DNA from: Acidimicrobiales bacterium
GTDB taxonomy: Bacteria; Actinomycetota; Acidimicrobiia; Acidimicrobiales; RAAP-2
Length of the DNA stretch: 64,000 bases
Direction of reading: 5' to 3'
NCBI GenBank assembly: GCA_025362585.1
Contig: JANYFR010000045.1
Coordinates: forward strand, 2,110 to 66,109
Position 1 is the first letter of the stretch. Each line of letters begins with the position of its first letter. Position numbers and translations under genes: made by a program. The notes under the pieces are model-generated. The model searched no databases. It saw only the letters and a program-made list of their open reading frames with translations, and was not told where the DNA came from. Shown in pieces: positions 41,002 to 51,386 of this stretch.

Positions 41002-41816
41002 AGGACCGGGACAATACGGGTCAACAGCGCGCCGAGGGAGGCGGCGGCCGACTGACCCGCTTCGAGGACCTCCAGGTGATCGAGCCGTTCGGCGGAGACC
41101 CCGGCCGCGTGATTGGAGACGAGACTCAGACCGAGCACCTCGGCACCGAGGTGGCGCGCCGCAATCGCTTCGAGGACCGTGGACATGCCCGCGAGGTCCG
41201 CGCCCATTCTGCGCGCCATCACGATCTCGGCCGGCGTCTCGTAGTGCGGTCCGCGAAACCCCGCGTAGACCCCTTCGTCCAGGTCCGGTACGGCCGCGTG
41301 CACCGCCGCGCGCAGGCGCGCGCTGTACAGATCGGTGAGGTCGACGAATCGCGCTCCGTACCCCTTGGGTGGACTGGGACCTTCGAGGGGTGACGTACCC
41401 GTGAGATTGAGGTGGTCCTTGATGACGACGACCTTGCCCGGACCCCACTCGGGCACGATGCCGCCCGCGGCGTTGGTCAAGACGACCGTGTGGGCGCCCG
41501 CGGCGATGACGGTGCGCACGCCGTGAACCACCTCGTCGGCCGAGTTGCCCTCGTAGAGGTGCACGCGACCGGCGACGAGCGCGACGTGCAAGTCCGCGAT
41601 CTGCAGCGAGAGGATTGTGCCGCTGTGGCCCTCGACAGTTGGTGCGACGAAGCCGCTCAACGTCGACGTCGCGACCTTGCTGGTGGGGCTCCCGAGTGCA
41701 ATGGCGCCCTCCTTCCAGCCCGAACCGAGCACGATGGCGACGTCGTAGCGGTCGACGCCACTCTGGGCGCGTAACTCTTGGGCGGCCATTCGAGCCAGTT
41801 TGTAGGGGCCCTTCAT
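40998..41816 (-). CDS. punA: Purine-nucleoside phosphorylase (trimeric type)
   Basis: LGSG, GRVHLYEG, TNAAGG, YETPAE and GMSTVLE motifs. Confidence 0.93.
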   Translation of the reverse strand: MKGPYKLARMAAQELRAQSGVDRYDVAIVLGSGWKEGAIALGSPTSKVATSTLSGFVAPTVEGHSGTILSLQIADLHVALVAGRVHLYEGNSADEVVHGVRTVIAAGAHTVVLTNAAGGIVPEWGPGKVVVIKDHLNLTGTSPLEGPSPPKGYGARFVDLTDLYSARLRAAVHAAVPDLDEGVYAGFRGPHYETPAEIVMARRMGADLAGMSTVLEAIAARHLGAEVLGLSLVSNHAAGVSAERLDHLEVLEAGQSAAASLGALLTRIVPVL

Positions 41817-42670
41817 CACTGTCCGATCGTGTGCCACACCGTGGACGTCTCGATGAAGGCCCGCAGTCGCCGAAGCGACGCGTCGAGGTCGCGCCCGTCG
41901 GGTCGCAGCACGCGCTTAATCGATCCCGCCGCGAGCAGCGCGAGTTCGTTCGCCTCTTCGGGCGCGCCGGTGAGGTCCAAACCGTCGACGTCCTCGTGAG
42001 CGGCGAGTACGGGGGCCAGTTCACTCGTGCGGCCCGTGATGATGTTGATGACGCCGGGCGGGAAGTCAGAGGTAGCGGTCATCTCGCCGAGCAGGACGGC
42101 GGGAATCGGACGACGTTCACTGGCGAGGACCACGACGGTATTGCCCGCGCAGACCGGCGCGAGCACCGCGTCAACAAATCCCCCGAGCGAGGAGTTCTGG
42201 TCGACGATGACGGCCACGACCCCGCTGGCGACGGGCACCGAGAAGTTGAAGAACGGACCGGCGACCGGGTTCGTCCCCCCCATCACTTGAGCGATCTTGT
42301 CCGTCCAGCCGGCGTACCAGACGACCCGGTCGATTGCGCGCGACACGACCACTTGGGCACTTTTGGCGCTGACGCCTTCGGCGAGCGTGACGTGCTCGGC
42401 CAGTTCGTCGCGTCGCGATTCGGCCATCTCGGCGAGACGATAGAGCACCTGGCCCCGGTTGTACGCGGTCGCGCCCCACCACTTCGTCTGGGCGGCGCGC
42501 GCCGCGACGACGGCGTCACGCACGTCCTTGCGCGAGCCCAGAGCGACGTTGCCGAGAAACGCACCCTTGGCCGACGCCACCTCGTAGCTGCGGCCGGACT
42601 CCGAGCGAGGAAAGGCGCCGTTAATGAGCAGTTTGTACGTCTTGCGCACGTCGAGACGTCGGTCAGACAT
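41816..42670 (-). CDS. Truncated ALDH-like protein (NAD-binding fold only, no catalytic domain)
   Basis: LDVRKTYKLLINGAFPRSESGR and WYAGWTDK; lacks ELGGK and the catalytic Cys segment; 284 aa. Confidence 0.85.
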   Translation of the reverse strand: MSDRRLDVRKTYKLLINGAFPRSESGRSYEVASAKGAFLGNVALGSRKDVRDAVVAARAAQTKWWGATAYNRGQVLYRLAEMAESRRDELAEHVTLAEGVSAKSAQVVVSRAIDRVVWYAGWTDKIAQVMGGTNPVAGPFFNFSVPVASGVVAVIVDQNSSLGGFVDAVLAPVCAGNTVVVLASERRPIPAVLLGEMTATSDFPPGVINIITGRTSELAPVLAAHEDVDGLDLTGAPEEANELALLAAGSIKRVLRPDGRDLDASLRRLRAFIETSTVWHTIGQ

Positions 42671-44129
42671 TGAGGTAGGCCTCCAGACCGTGGCGGCCGC
42701 CTTCGCGACCGAAGCCCGATTCACGCATGCCGCCGAAGGGACTCGTGGGGTCGAAGCGGTTGTAGGTGTTCGCCCAGATCACCCCGGCCCGAAGTCGCTG
42801 GGCGACCCAGAGCGTGCGACTCCCCTTTTCGCTCCACACTCCGCACGCCAAGCCGTAGTTGGTGTTGTTGGCCTTGGCGACGGCCTCTTCGGGTGTGCGA
42901 AACGTCAACACCGAGAGGACCGGCCCGAAAATCTCGTCACGCGCGATGCGGTGCGACTGGGCAACGTCGGCGAAGATCGTTGGGGCGAACCAGTAGCCCT
43001 TAACGGGCAGCGCGCACGAGCTGGTGTAGCGCGTCGCCCCCTCCCTCTCGCCCACGTCGCTCAGCTCCCTGATGCGCGCCAACTGCGCCGCCGAGTTAAT
43101 CGCGCCGACGTCGGTGTTCTTGTCCAAGGGGTCGCCCACGCGCAACTGTTCGACGCGGCGCACCAGGCGACGCAGCACCTCATCGGCAATGGTCTCTTGC
43201 ACCAGGAGCCGCGAGCCGGCACAACAGACGTGACCCTGATTGAAAAAGATCCCGTCGATGATCCCCTCGATGACCTCGTCGATCGGGGCGTCGTCAAAGA
43301 CAATGTTGGCTCCCTTGCCGCCGAGTTCGAGCGTGAGGCGCTTCTGACTCGTGGCCACGCGCTGCTGCAGCGAACGGCCAACCTCGGTCGAACCAGTGAA
43401 GGCGATTTTGTCGACGCCCGGGTTATCGACCAGCGCGCTGCCGGTCGAGCCGTCCCCGGTCACGATGTTGACGACCCCGGGCGGCAGTTCGGCCTGCTGG
43501 AGGATCTCGGCGAGGATCAGCGCGCTGAGCGGTGTCGTTTCGGCCGGCTTCAGTACGCACGTGTTGCCGGCGGCGAGGGCCGGCGCCAGCTTCCACGCGG
43601 CCATTAAGAGAGGAAAGTTCCACGGGATGATCTGGCCCGCGACTCCGAGGGACCGGGGGTCGGCGCCGAAGCCGGCGTGCTCGAGCTTGTCGGCCCAGCC
43701 GGCGTAGTAGAAGAAGTGCGCCGCGGCGAGGGGGACGTCAACGTCGCGTGACTCACGAATGGGCTTGCCGTTGTCGAGTGTCTCGACGACCGCCAGCTCG
43801 CGAGCGCGCTCTTGAATCAGTCGAGCGATCCGAAACAGGTACTTCGCGCGTTCGGCGCCCGTTGTCTTGGACCACACCTTGTCGTACGCGCGCCGCGCCG
43901 CGGTGACCGCGCGGTCGACGTCCTGGGCGCTGGCTTGGGCGACAGTCGCCACGATCTCCTCGTTCGCCGGGTTGATTGACGTGAACTGTTCGTGCGACCC
44001 GGGATCGGTGAACACGCCGTCGACGAAAAGGCCGTAGTTGGGCCGTAGTTGGGCGATGCTGGCCGATTCGGGCGCGGGGTCGTACTCGAGGAATCCCAGT
44101 TCGGAGTTCGCGAGTTGCCGGTCAGTCAT
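42663..44129 (-). CDS. Aldehyde dehydrogenase (ALDH16-like), probably acetaldehyde-oxidising
   Basis: PWNFP, GSTEVG, LELGGKG, FFNQGHVCCAG (catalytic Cys) and EIFGPV motifs. Confidence 0.92.
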   Translation of the reverse strand: MTDRQLANSELGFLEYDPAPESASIAQLRPNYGLFVDGVFTDPGSHEQFTSINPANEEIVATVAQASAQDVDRAVTAARRAYDKVWSKTTGAERAKYLFRIARLIQERARELAVVETLDNGKPIRESRDVDVPLAAAHFFYYAGWADKLEHAGFGADPRSLGVAGQIIPWNFPLLMAAWKLAPALAAGNTCVLKPAETTPLSALILAEILQQAELPPGVVNIVTGDGSTGSALVDNPGVDKIAFTGSTEVGRSLQQRVATSQKRLTLELGGKGANIVFDDAPIDEVIEGIIDGIFFNQGHVCCAGSRLLVQETIADEVLRRLVRRVEQLRVGDPLDKNTDVGAINSAAQLARIRELSDVGEREGATRYTSSCALPVKGYWFAPTIFADVAQSHRIARDEIFGPVLSVLTFRTPEEAVAKANNTNYGLACGVWSEKGSRTLWVAQRLRAGVIWANTYNRFDPTSPFGGMRESGFGREGGRHGLEAYLNV

Positions 44130-44130
44130 G

Positions 44131-45123
44131 TCAGTCTCCACTGAATTCGTCGGGGCGAACGTACGCACCGCGGTGCTGCTTCAGCCGCTGCATCAAGAGG
44201 TCGTTCAAGAGCGACGACGCGCCAAAGCGAAAGTAGTCCGGTGAGAGCCACGTGGCGCCAACCGTCTCGTTGACGAGCACCAGGTAGCGAATCGCGTCCT
44301 TCGTCGTGCGAATCCCACCGGCGACCTTCACCCCGACCACCCGTCCGGTCTGTTCGGCGAAATCGCGCACGGCTTCGAGCATCACGAGGGCCGTGGAGCC
44401 CGTCGCCGACACTGCCGCCTTGCCGGTCGAGGTCTTAATGAAATCGGCGCCGCCGAGCATGGCGATCCAACTGGCGCGCCGGACGTTGTCGTAGGTCACG
44501 AGTTCGCCGGTTTCGAGGATGACCTTCAGGTGTGCCGCGCCGCAGACTTCGCGCACCGCCACAATCTCGTCGAAGACCTGCCCAATGCGCCCCGACAGGA
44601 ATGCGCCGCGGTCAATGACCATGTCGATCTCGTCGGCGCCGGCGGCCACGGCCTCGGTGACGTCGAGGAGCTTGACGTGCAGTGACGCGCGCCCCGACGG
44701 GAACGCGGTGGCGACCGAGGCGACCTTGACGGGCGAGTCGGCGAGCACCGCGCGGGCGTGGGCGACGAGGTCGGGGTAGACGCAGACCGCCGCGGCGTGC
44801 GGCACCGAGGCGTCACGGGGATCGGGGCGCATCGCCTTGGTGCAGAGCGACGAGACGCGCCCGGGCGTGTCGGCGCCTTCGAGGGTCGTGAGGTCGACCA
44901 TGGAGATCGCCAAGTTGATCGCGGCCAGCTTCGTCGACTTCTTGATCGAACGCGTCGCCAGCCGGGCCGCGCGGGCCTCGGCCCCGACGGCGTCCACGCC
45001 CGAGAGGCTCGCGAGCAGGGCCCGTAACTGCGCCTCGGACTCGACGGTGGGAACCGTTGCCGCCAGGGGAATGCGTACGCCTCGATCCGTCTCGCGCACG
45101 ATTCGGAGGGGGACGGTGGTCAC
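44131..45123 (-). CDS. deoC: Deoxyribose-phosphate aldolase (long form)
   Basis: DLTTLEGADT, AAVCVYP, EIDMVIDRG, LKVILETGEL and FIKTSTGK motifs. Confidence 0.95.
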   Translation of the reverse strand: MTTVPLRIVRETDRGVRIPLAATVPTVESEAQLRALLASLSGVDAVGAEARAARLATRSIKKSTKLAAINLAISMVDLTTLEGADTPGRVSSLCTKAMRPDPRDASVPHAAAVCVYPDLVAHARAVLADSPVKVASVATAFPSGRASLHVKLLDVTEAVAAGADEIDMVIDRGAFLSGRIGQVFDEIVAVREVCGAAHLKVILETGELVTYDNVRRASWIAMLGGADFIKTSTGKAAVSATGSTALVMLEAVRDFAEQTGRVVGVKVAGGIRTTKDAIRYLVLVNETVGATWLSPDYFRFGASSLLNDLLMQRLKQHRGAYVRPDEFSGD

Positions 45124-45167
45124 CTCGCCAACGCTAGCAACGAAGCAACGACGTGGTCCGAGGTAGT

Positions 45168-45731
45168 TCAGGCGAAGGGCGGGAGTTGACCGTGGGCCAT
45201 CCGATCGGCGAGCGAGGGGGCGCCCCGGTCCTTCGCGCTCACGATGGGTTCACCACGCAGCGACCACGGCACGTTGATCGCTGCGTCGAACGGGTCAATC
45301 TCGAGTTCCATCGCCGCGTTGAACGGCGACGAGAGGAGGTACGACAACGCCGCGTGGTCGCTGGTCACGCAAAAGCCGTGGGCCACGCCGGCCGGCAGGA
45401 GCACCGATCGCTCCTCACTGGCGCTCAGCGACACGACCTCCACTCGCCCGAAGGCCGGCGAGCCCACTCGTACGTCGACGATCACGTCGTCGAGTTCGCC
45501 GAACACGCAGGTCACGACCTTCGCCTGACCCTCGGGGGCCAGTGAGTAGTGCAGGCCGCGCACGACGTCACGGCTCGACATTGAGAGGTTCGCCTGTCGC
45601 GCCTGAAAATCGACGCCGCTCGCCGCGAAGTCCGAGAACTTGAACCACTCGCGAAAGAACCCGCGATCGTCGCCCCAGACGGGCGACTCGAGCAAGAAGA
45701 GTCCGGGGATCGACAGCTCGGTAAGTTTCAC
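45168..45731 (-). CDS. rmlC: dTDP-4-dehydrorhamnose 3,5-epimerase
   Basis: DDRGFFRE, RGLHYS, VDVRVGSP and GVAHGF motifs; GTG overlaps the rmlB stop. Confidence 0.92.
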   Translation of the reverse strand: MKLTELSIPGLFLLESPVWGDDRGFFREWFKFSDFAASGVDFQARQANLSMSSRDVVRGLHYSLAPEGQAKVVTCVFGELDDVIVDVRVGSPAFGRVEVVSLSASEERSVLLPAGVAHGFCVTSDHAALSYLLSSPFNAAMELEIDPFDAAINVPWSLRGEPIVSAKDRGAPSLADRMAHGQLPPFA

Positions 45732-46705
45732 GAGTGGGCGGCCTTCAAGGGACGCCACCACGACTCGTGGTGGCGGTACCACGCGACGGTCGCGGCTAGA
45801 CCCGCGTCGAAGTCGACCAGCGGCGCGTAGCCGAGTTCGTCGCGAATCTTGCTCCAGTCGACGCTGTAGCGACGGTCGTGGCCCAGACGATCCGCGACCG
45901 GTTCGATCATTGACTCATTGGCCCCGCAGAGAGTGAGCAGGCGACTCGTGAGTTCGCGGTTCGAGAGCTCGGTGCCGCCCCCAATGTTGTAGACCTCGCC
46001 CGCGCGGCCACCCTCGAGCACGAGCAGCACGCCGCGGCAGTGGTCGTCGACGTGCAGCCAGTCGCGGACGTTGCTCCCGTCTCCGTAGAGCGGTACCTTC
46101 AGTCCGTCGACGAGATTCGTGACGAAGAGCGGAATGACCTTTTCGGGGAACTGGCGAGGGCCGTAGTTGTTCGAACACCGGGTGACCGTGACGCCAAGAC
46201 CGTAGGTACGGTGATAGGCGAGGGCCGCCAGGTCCGAACCGGCCTTACTCGACGAGTACGGCGAGTTCGGTGCCAGGAGGTGATCCTCGCGCCACGCCCC
46301 CTCGTCAATCGAGCCGTAGACCTCGTCGGTCGAGATGTGCACGAATCGATCGACCGCCGCGCGCCTCGCGCTTTCGAGCAGTTGGTGGGTGCCCAGCACG
46401 TTCGTCTCGAAGAAGGCCTTGGCGCCAGTGATTGAGCGATCGACGTGGCTCTCGGCGGCGAAGTGCACGACGGCCTGCGCGCCGCGCACGACCTCGTCGG
46501 TCAGTTCGGCGTCGTTAATCGAGCCCTCGACGAAGGTGACGCGAGAATCGCGCAAGACGCCGTTCATGTTCTCGCGCCGACCCGAGTAGGTGAGTGCGTC
46601 GAATAGGACCACGTCGTCGTAGTCGAGTCGATCGGCCTGCTCGAGAAAGAGTTCGGCGAACCGCGAGCCGATGAACCCGGCGGCCCCGGTAATCACAACG
46701 CGCAT
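45728..46705 (-). CDS. rmlB: dTDP-glucose 4,6-dehydratase
   Basis: [31 protein letters not shown] and RCSNNYGP motifs. Confidence 0.95.
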   Translation of the reverse strand: MRVVITGAAGFIGSRFAELFLEQADRLDYDDVVLFDALTYSGRRENMNGVLRDSRVTFVEGSINDAELTDEVVRGAQAVVHFAAESHVDRSITGAKAFFETNVLGTHQLLESARRAAVDRFVHISTDEVYGSIDEGAWREDHLLAPNSPYSSSKAGSDLAALAYHRTYGLGVTVTRCSNNYGPRQFPEKVIPLFVTNLVDGLKVPLYGDGSNVRDWLHVDDHCRGVLLVLEGGRAGEVYNIGGGTELSNRELTSRLLTLCGANESMIEPVADRLGHDRRYSVDWSKIRDELGYAPLVDFDAGLAATVAWYRHHESWWRPLKAAHS

Positions 46706-46756
46706 GGAGGTACCTCGGCCATTAGAAAGGGGTTAACGGACTTCTATACTAATGGA

Positions 46757-47539
46757 GTGAAGGGAATCATTCTGGCTGGAGGGAGCGGGACGCGCCTCCA
46801 TCCGATCACCCGGGCGGTGTCCAAGCAACTGCTGCCCATCTACGACAAACCCATGATCTACTACCCGCTCAGCACCCTCATGCTGACCGGCCTTCGCGAG
46901 ATCCTGCTCATCACGACGCCGCACGACCAGGACGCCTTCCGTCGACTGCTCGGCGACGGTTCCCTGCTCGGCCTCGACATCTCCTACGTCGTCCAGGATC
47001 AGCCCAACGGACTGGCCCAGGCCCTCATCCTCGGTGAGCGGTTCCTCGCCGGCGACAAGTGCGCGCTGATCCTCGGCGACAATCTCTTCTACGGACCCGG
47101 CCTCGGAACCCACCTCCAAGAGAACACTGCGGTCGAGGGTGCCCTCATCTTCGCCTATCAGGTGAGTGACCCGTCGGCCTACGGCGTCGTTGAATTCGAC
47201 GACGCCGGGAGGGTGATCTCCATCGAAGAGAAGCCGGACCGACCCAAGAGCCACTACGCGGTGCCCGGCATCTACTTTTACGACGAGCGGGCCCCCGAGC
47301 TGGCCCGCCAACTAATCCCGAGCGCCCGCGGCGAGTTGGAGATCACCGCGCTCAACAGCGCGTACCTCGAACGGGGCGAGCTGCGCGTTGAGGTGCTCTC
47401 GCGCGCGACGACCTGGCTCGACACGGGAACCCACGAATCGCTCTACGAGGCCGGCGGTCTCATCCGAACCCTCCAGCACCGCATTGGACTGCGCATCGGC
47501 GACGTCACCGAGATTGCGCGCGACCGGGGCTGGATCTAA
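46757..47539 (+). CDS. rmlA: Glucose-1-phosphate thymidylyltransferase (short C-terminus)
   Basis: [38 protein letters not shown] and WLDTGT motifs. Confidence 0.93.
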   Translation: MKGIILAGGSGTRLHPITRAVSKQLLPIYDKPMIYYPLSTLMLTGLREILLITTPHDQDAFRRLLGDGSLLGLDISYVVQDQPNGLAQALILGERFLAGDKCALILGDNLFYGPGLGTHLQENTAVEGALIFAYQVSDPSAYGVVEFDDAGRVISIEEKPDRPKSHYAVPGIYFYDERAPELARQLIPSARGELEITALNSAYLERGELRVEVLSRATTWLDTGTHESLYEAGGLIRTLQHRIGLRIGDVTEIARDRGWI

Positions 47540-47889
47540 CCGAGCGCGACGTCGGACGGGCCCCGCTCGCCCGCTCGTGCCTTCAGCGCGCGGTATCGAT
47601 GCCACGACCACCACGCGGCCGCGACGACAACCGCTTCCGCGGCGGCGGCGGTCCACGCCCACGTCGAGTCTCGCGCGAGCATCACGGCGCCGATAACGGC
47701 CAGTTCTATGACGATTGCCGCCATGCAGAGCACCGCGTAGAAGCCGTATTCGAGGGCCGCCTCGGCAATCCGGGGCGCGGGTGGCGAACCGGTACGCCAG
47801 AACGCGTCGAGAACTTGGCGCTTCTCCCCGAACGAACAGCTCCGATAGGTCGCCAGCGTCACGCCGTCCACCCTAGTAACCGCCGTCAA
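47536..47889 (-). CDS. Hypothetical small membrane protein (two TM segments)
   Basis: Fills the gap in the same orientation as the upstream gene; two hydrophobic helices. Confidence 0.55.
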   Translation of the reverse strand: MTAVTRVDGVTLATYRSCSFGEKRQVLDAFWRTGSPPAPRIAEAALEYGFYAVLCMAAIVIELAVIGAVMLARDSTWAWTAAAAEAVVVAAAWWSWHRYRALKARAGERGPSDVALG

Positions 47890-47934
47890 CGTTTGACCTG
47901 GTCGCCGGTCAACTCCCCAACAACTTCGTGGCGA

Positions 47935-48597
47935 CTAACCCGCGAAGCCGAGCAGCGCCGCCTCGGCACCGTGCGCCAAGAACTTATGTCCTTGCAGGGT
48001 CGTGCGATCGAGCATCGACTGGGTCTCGGCGACACCCACCGCCACGACCAGGACCTGGTCCTCGCTCGCCACCGCCTCGACGATCCCCTGCGCGAATGCT
48101 TCGGGGGCGCCGTAGCGGTGCGCGGTCAACGCGGCCGTGGTCGCGGTCGCGCGCGGCAGTCGGTGTTCGAGAATTGAGAAGAGGCGCTCGTCGAGTGCGA
48201 GCCCAATCTCGGCCTCGTTCATGCACCAGTACCCGCGGTCCTCGCGCATGACGCGATAGTCGAACGCGCACGCCAACAGCGCGCCCCCGGCGAAGGCGTG
48301 GCCGTTGATCGCCGCCACGGTGTACGCCGGAAAGACCATGATCCGTCCAATGGTGCGTTGCACCTCTCGAAGGGTCGCGAGGAACTCGTCCGGCAGGTGG
48401 GCGAAGCGCCCGAGGTCCAGGCCGTTGCTGAAGAACTTGCCCGACCCCGTCAGCACGACCGCGAGCGGTCCCTCGATCGACTCGAGCTCATCGAGGATTT
48501 CGTTCAGTCGCGCGAGCGAGTCGAGATTGAGCCGATTCTCCCCGTCACTCCAGGTCAGCACCGCGACGTGGCTCTCGTGGGTGACCGAGATCTCCAT
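47935..48597 (-). CDS. Enoyl-CoA hydratase/isomerase (crotonase) family protein
   Basis: GKFFSNGLDL, AAINGHAFAGG and MNEAEIGL motifs; alternative start at 48609. Confidence 0.85.
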   Translation of the reverse strand: MEISVTHESHVAVLTWSDGENRLNLDSLARLNEILDELESIEGPLAVVLTGSGKFFSNGLDLGRFAHLPDEFLATLREVQRTIGRIMVFPAYTVAAINGHAFAGGALLACAFDYRVMREDRGYWCMNEAEIGLALDERLFSILEHRLPRATATTAALTAHRYGAPEAFAQGIVEAVASEDQVLVVAVGVAETQSMLDRTTLQGHKFLAHGAEAALLGFAG

Positions 48598-48644
48598 TGT
48601 AGGGAGCATAGGACAGGTCGATAGTGGACGACTAGTTTGGGAAC

Positions 48645-50141
48645 GTGAGTGTCCACGTGCCTCCCGCGAATGAGCCCGACGTCTCGGAGCAGAACCCGGT
48701 CTCGGAGCGTTGGGTCTGGGCGGGGCACCATCGTCCCCCGGTGCCGCGCGCCCTCGTCGATCACATGACCGCGAACTGGGCGCCCGACGAGCCGGTCGAG
48801 GTGGTCCATCCCGCGGCCGCCTATTGCGCGCAACGTCGCGAGCGACTGGCCGCCCAGTTTCCCGAACGGACCCTGGTCGTCGCCACGGGTCATCCGAAGG
48901 TGCGCGCGAACGACACCGACTACCGCTTTCGCCCCGGCACCGACTTCTTTTATCTGACGGGCTGCGTCGAACCGGACGTCGTGCTCGTCATCGCACCCGG
49001 TCAACGTGGCCCTCGCGCGACGCTCTACGTGCCCGAGCGGCGCGACCAACGGACCTTCGAGTTCTTCACCGACGCGCGATACGGTGAGTTGTGGGTTGGG
49101 CCCCGACGCGGCGTCAGCGAAGCGGCGAGCTACTACGGCATCGACACCGCCCCCATCGAGCACCTCGCGAAGGACCTCGCGTCAGTCGCCAACGACGCCG
49201 TCCTGGTCGTGCGCGGCTTTGACTCGTTGCTCGACGGGCTCGTGCCGGCGAACCACGCCGACGAGCTGCTCGCGACGGCACTCAGCGAGATGCGCCTCAC
49301 GAAGGACGACTTCGAGGTCGCCCAACTCCAGTTGGCGATCGACTACACGGTGAAGGGCTTCGAGGACGTCGTGCGAGCATTGCCCTCCGCCGAGGGGCGC
49401 GGCGAGCGCGTCATCGAGGGGATCTTCAACCTGCGCGCCCGCGTCGAGGGTAATGACGTGGGGTACGACACGATCGCGGCGAGCGGTTCGGACGCGACGG
49501 TGCTGCACTGGACCCGCAACAATGGCACCGTGCGCCGTGGCGACCTCCTGCTACTCGACGCGGGGGTCGAGTGCCACCACCTCTACACCGCCGACGTGAC
49601 GAGGACGATGCCGATCAGCGGCACGTTCTCCGAGGCCCAACGTCGCGTCTACGAACTGGTGCTGGCGGCCCAGGAGGCCGGCATCGCCGCGGTCGGGCCG
49701 GGCGTCGCGTACCGCGCACCGCACGACGCGGCCATGAGAATACTGACCGAAGGACTGTGCGCGATGGGGATCTTGACGGTCGAGCCCGAAGAGGCCCTGC
49801 GCAACGACCACCAGTTCCATCGCCGCTACACCCTGCACGGGACCAGCCACATGCTCGGCCTCGACGTCCACGACTGCGACAACGCGCGCGACGAGATGTA
49901 CCGCGAGGGAGTCCTGCACGAGGGTTACGTCCTCACCGTCGAGCCCGGACTGTACTTTCAGGCGAACGACTTAACGGTACCGGAGCAGTACCGGGGCATC
50001 GGGGTTCGCATCGAAGACGACATCCTCGTGACCGCCACCGGATCGCGCAATCTCTCGGCCGCTCTGCCGCGCCAGGTCGACGACGTGGAGGCGTGGATGG
50101 CCGGTCTCTTCGCGCAGGGGCCCACGAACCTCGGGCTCTAG
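48645..50141 (+). CDS. pepP: Xaa-Pro aminopeptidase
   Basis: RANDTDYRFR, with canonical ligands LDAG...YTADVTRT, HMLGLDVHD, TVEPG and RIEDD. Confidence 0.92.
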   Translation: MSVHVPPANEPDVSEQNPVSERWVWAGHHRPPVPRALVDHMTANWAPDEPVEVVHPAAAYCAQRRERLAAQFPERTLVVATGHPKVRANDTDYRFRPGTDFFYLTGCVEPDVVLVIAPGQRGPRATLYVPERRDQRTFEFFTDARYGELWVGPRRGVSEAASYYGIDTAPIEHLAKDLASVANDAVLVVRGFDSLLDGLVPANHADELLATALSEMRLTKDDFEVAQLQLAIDYTVKGFEDVVRALPSAEGRGERVIEGIFNLRARVEGNDVGYDTIAASGSDATVLHWTRNNGTVRRGDLLLLDAGVECHHLYTADVTRTMPISGTFSEAQRRVYELVLAAQEAGIAAVGPGVAYRAPHDAAMRILTEGLCAMGILTVEPEEALRNDHQFHRRYTLHGTSHMLGLDVHDCDNARDEMYREGVLHEGYVLTVEPGLYFQANDLTVPEQYRGIGVRIEDDILVTATGSRNLSAALPRQVDDVEAWMAGLFAQGPTNLGL

Positions 50142-51349
50142 CTCGCCAAGACGTGCAGCGGGATCTGTCGGGGGCCCCGCACCTGGCCCTGCGCCCACGT
50201 GACGTCGCCGCCGGCCGCCAGTTCGAACTTCGTGAAGCGCTTGATGAACTCCTCGACCGCCACGCGCAGCTCGAGACGTGCGAGGTTCGAACCGGCGCAA
50301 CGATGGATACCGAGCCCGAACGCGGCGTGGCGATTGACGGCCCGGTCGATGATGAACCGGTCGGCGTCGTCGAAGGCCACGGGGTCGCGGTTGGCCGCGG
50401 GAAAGCCGAGCAACAGCCAGTCGTCCTTTTTCATTGGACAGCCGAAGAACTCGAAGTCCTCCTTCACCATCCGGGCCATCGTGACCGGGGCGTAGAAGCG
50501 CAGGAACTCCTCGACCGCGAGGGGCATAATCGCGGGCTCGTTCACGAGGCGCTCGAGGTCCTTCGGGTGGGTGGCGAGGTGCCAGATTGCGGCCCCAATG
50601 GCCGACCACGTGGTGTCGATACCGGCCACCAGCATCAACACCATGGTCCCGCGAACGTGCTCGGGCGCTAGTTTGCTGCCGCCGACCTCGACGCCTAGGA
50701 GGTAACTCGTAAAGTCGTCGCGGGGGTTCGCGAGGTGGTCGTCGATCTGGCGGCTGAAGTAGTCGGCCATGGGCGCAAAGAGCGGGGCGCGCTCCTCGGC
50801 CGGCAGGTCGACGAGGTCGAGCACGAGGTGGACGAAGTCGCGGAACCGGTCCTCGTCCTCGGGCGGAAACCCGAGCATGCGTGAGATCACGCCGGGCGAA
50901 ATGAATTGGGCGTACTCGCTTCCGGCGTCAACGAACTCTCGCCCGGCGATCTCGTCGAGGTGTTGGACGCAGAGTTCGCGAATCTGGGGTTCGAGCGCGT
51001 TGACCGGTCCCGGCGCCAGCGCCGGGAGCATGATGCGCCGGGCGATCTGGTGGAACGGGGGGTCTGACGTGATGGGGGGTGCGCCGCCCATCGGCGCCGG
51101 CGGTGCGAACTCGGGAAACTTGTTGTTGGTCACGACGACCTGACGGCTCGTGAAGTGCACGGTGTCGTTGGCGACCGCCGAGACCATCTCGTGGGTCGTC
51201 GGGAACCATCCTCCGCCGTAACGATGGGTGTGGGCGATCGGGCAGCGCTCGCGTAACTCTTCCCAGATCGGGTACGGGTTGTTGACCCACTGCGGGTCGG
51301 TGTGGTCCCAGTCGGTGGCGAAATCCTCCACCGGCGGTTTCGTCGTCAT
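50138..51349 (-). CDS. Cytochrome P450 (paralogue A)
   Basis: AGIDTT, EEFLR and heme motif FGLGIHRCAG. Confidence 0.95.
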   Translation of the reverse strand: MTTKPPVEDFATDWDHTDPQWVNNPYPIWEELRERCPIAHTHRYGGGWFPTTHEMVSAVANDTVHFTSRQVVVTNNKFPEFAPPAPMGGAPPITSDPPFHQIARRIMLPALAPGPVNALEPQIRELCVQHLDEIAGREFVDAGSEYAQFISPGVISRMLGFPPEDEDRFRDFVHLVLDLVDLPAEERAPLFAPMADYFSRQIDDHLANPRDDFTSYLLGVEVGGSKLAPEHVRGTMVLMLVAGIDTTWSAIGAAIWHLATHPKDLERLVNEPAIMPLAVEEFLRFYAPVTMARMVKEDFEFFGCPMKKDDWLLLGFPAANRDPVAFDDADRFIIDRAVNRHAAFGLGIHRCAGSNLARLELRVAVEEFIKRFTKFELAAGGDVTWAQGQVRGPRQIPLHVLAS

Positions 51350-51386
51350 CTCTCCCCCACGGCTGGAACGTGCTCGGTCCCGTCGC

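Noticed and set aside
39343-42024. 893-aa ORF suggesting a mutase fusion
   Set aside because: The N-terminal extension is an off-frame overlap with punA and the short ALDH; the mutase starts at GTG 41001.
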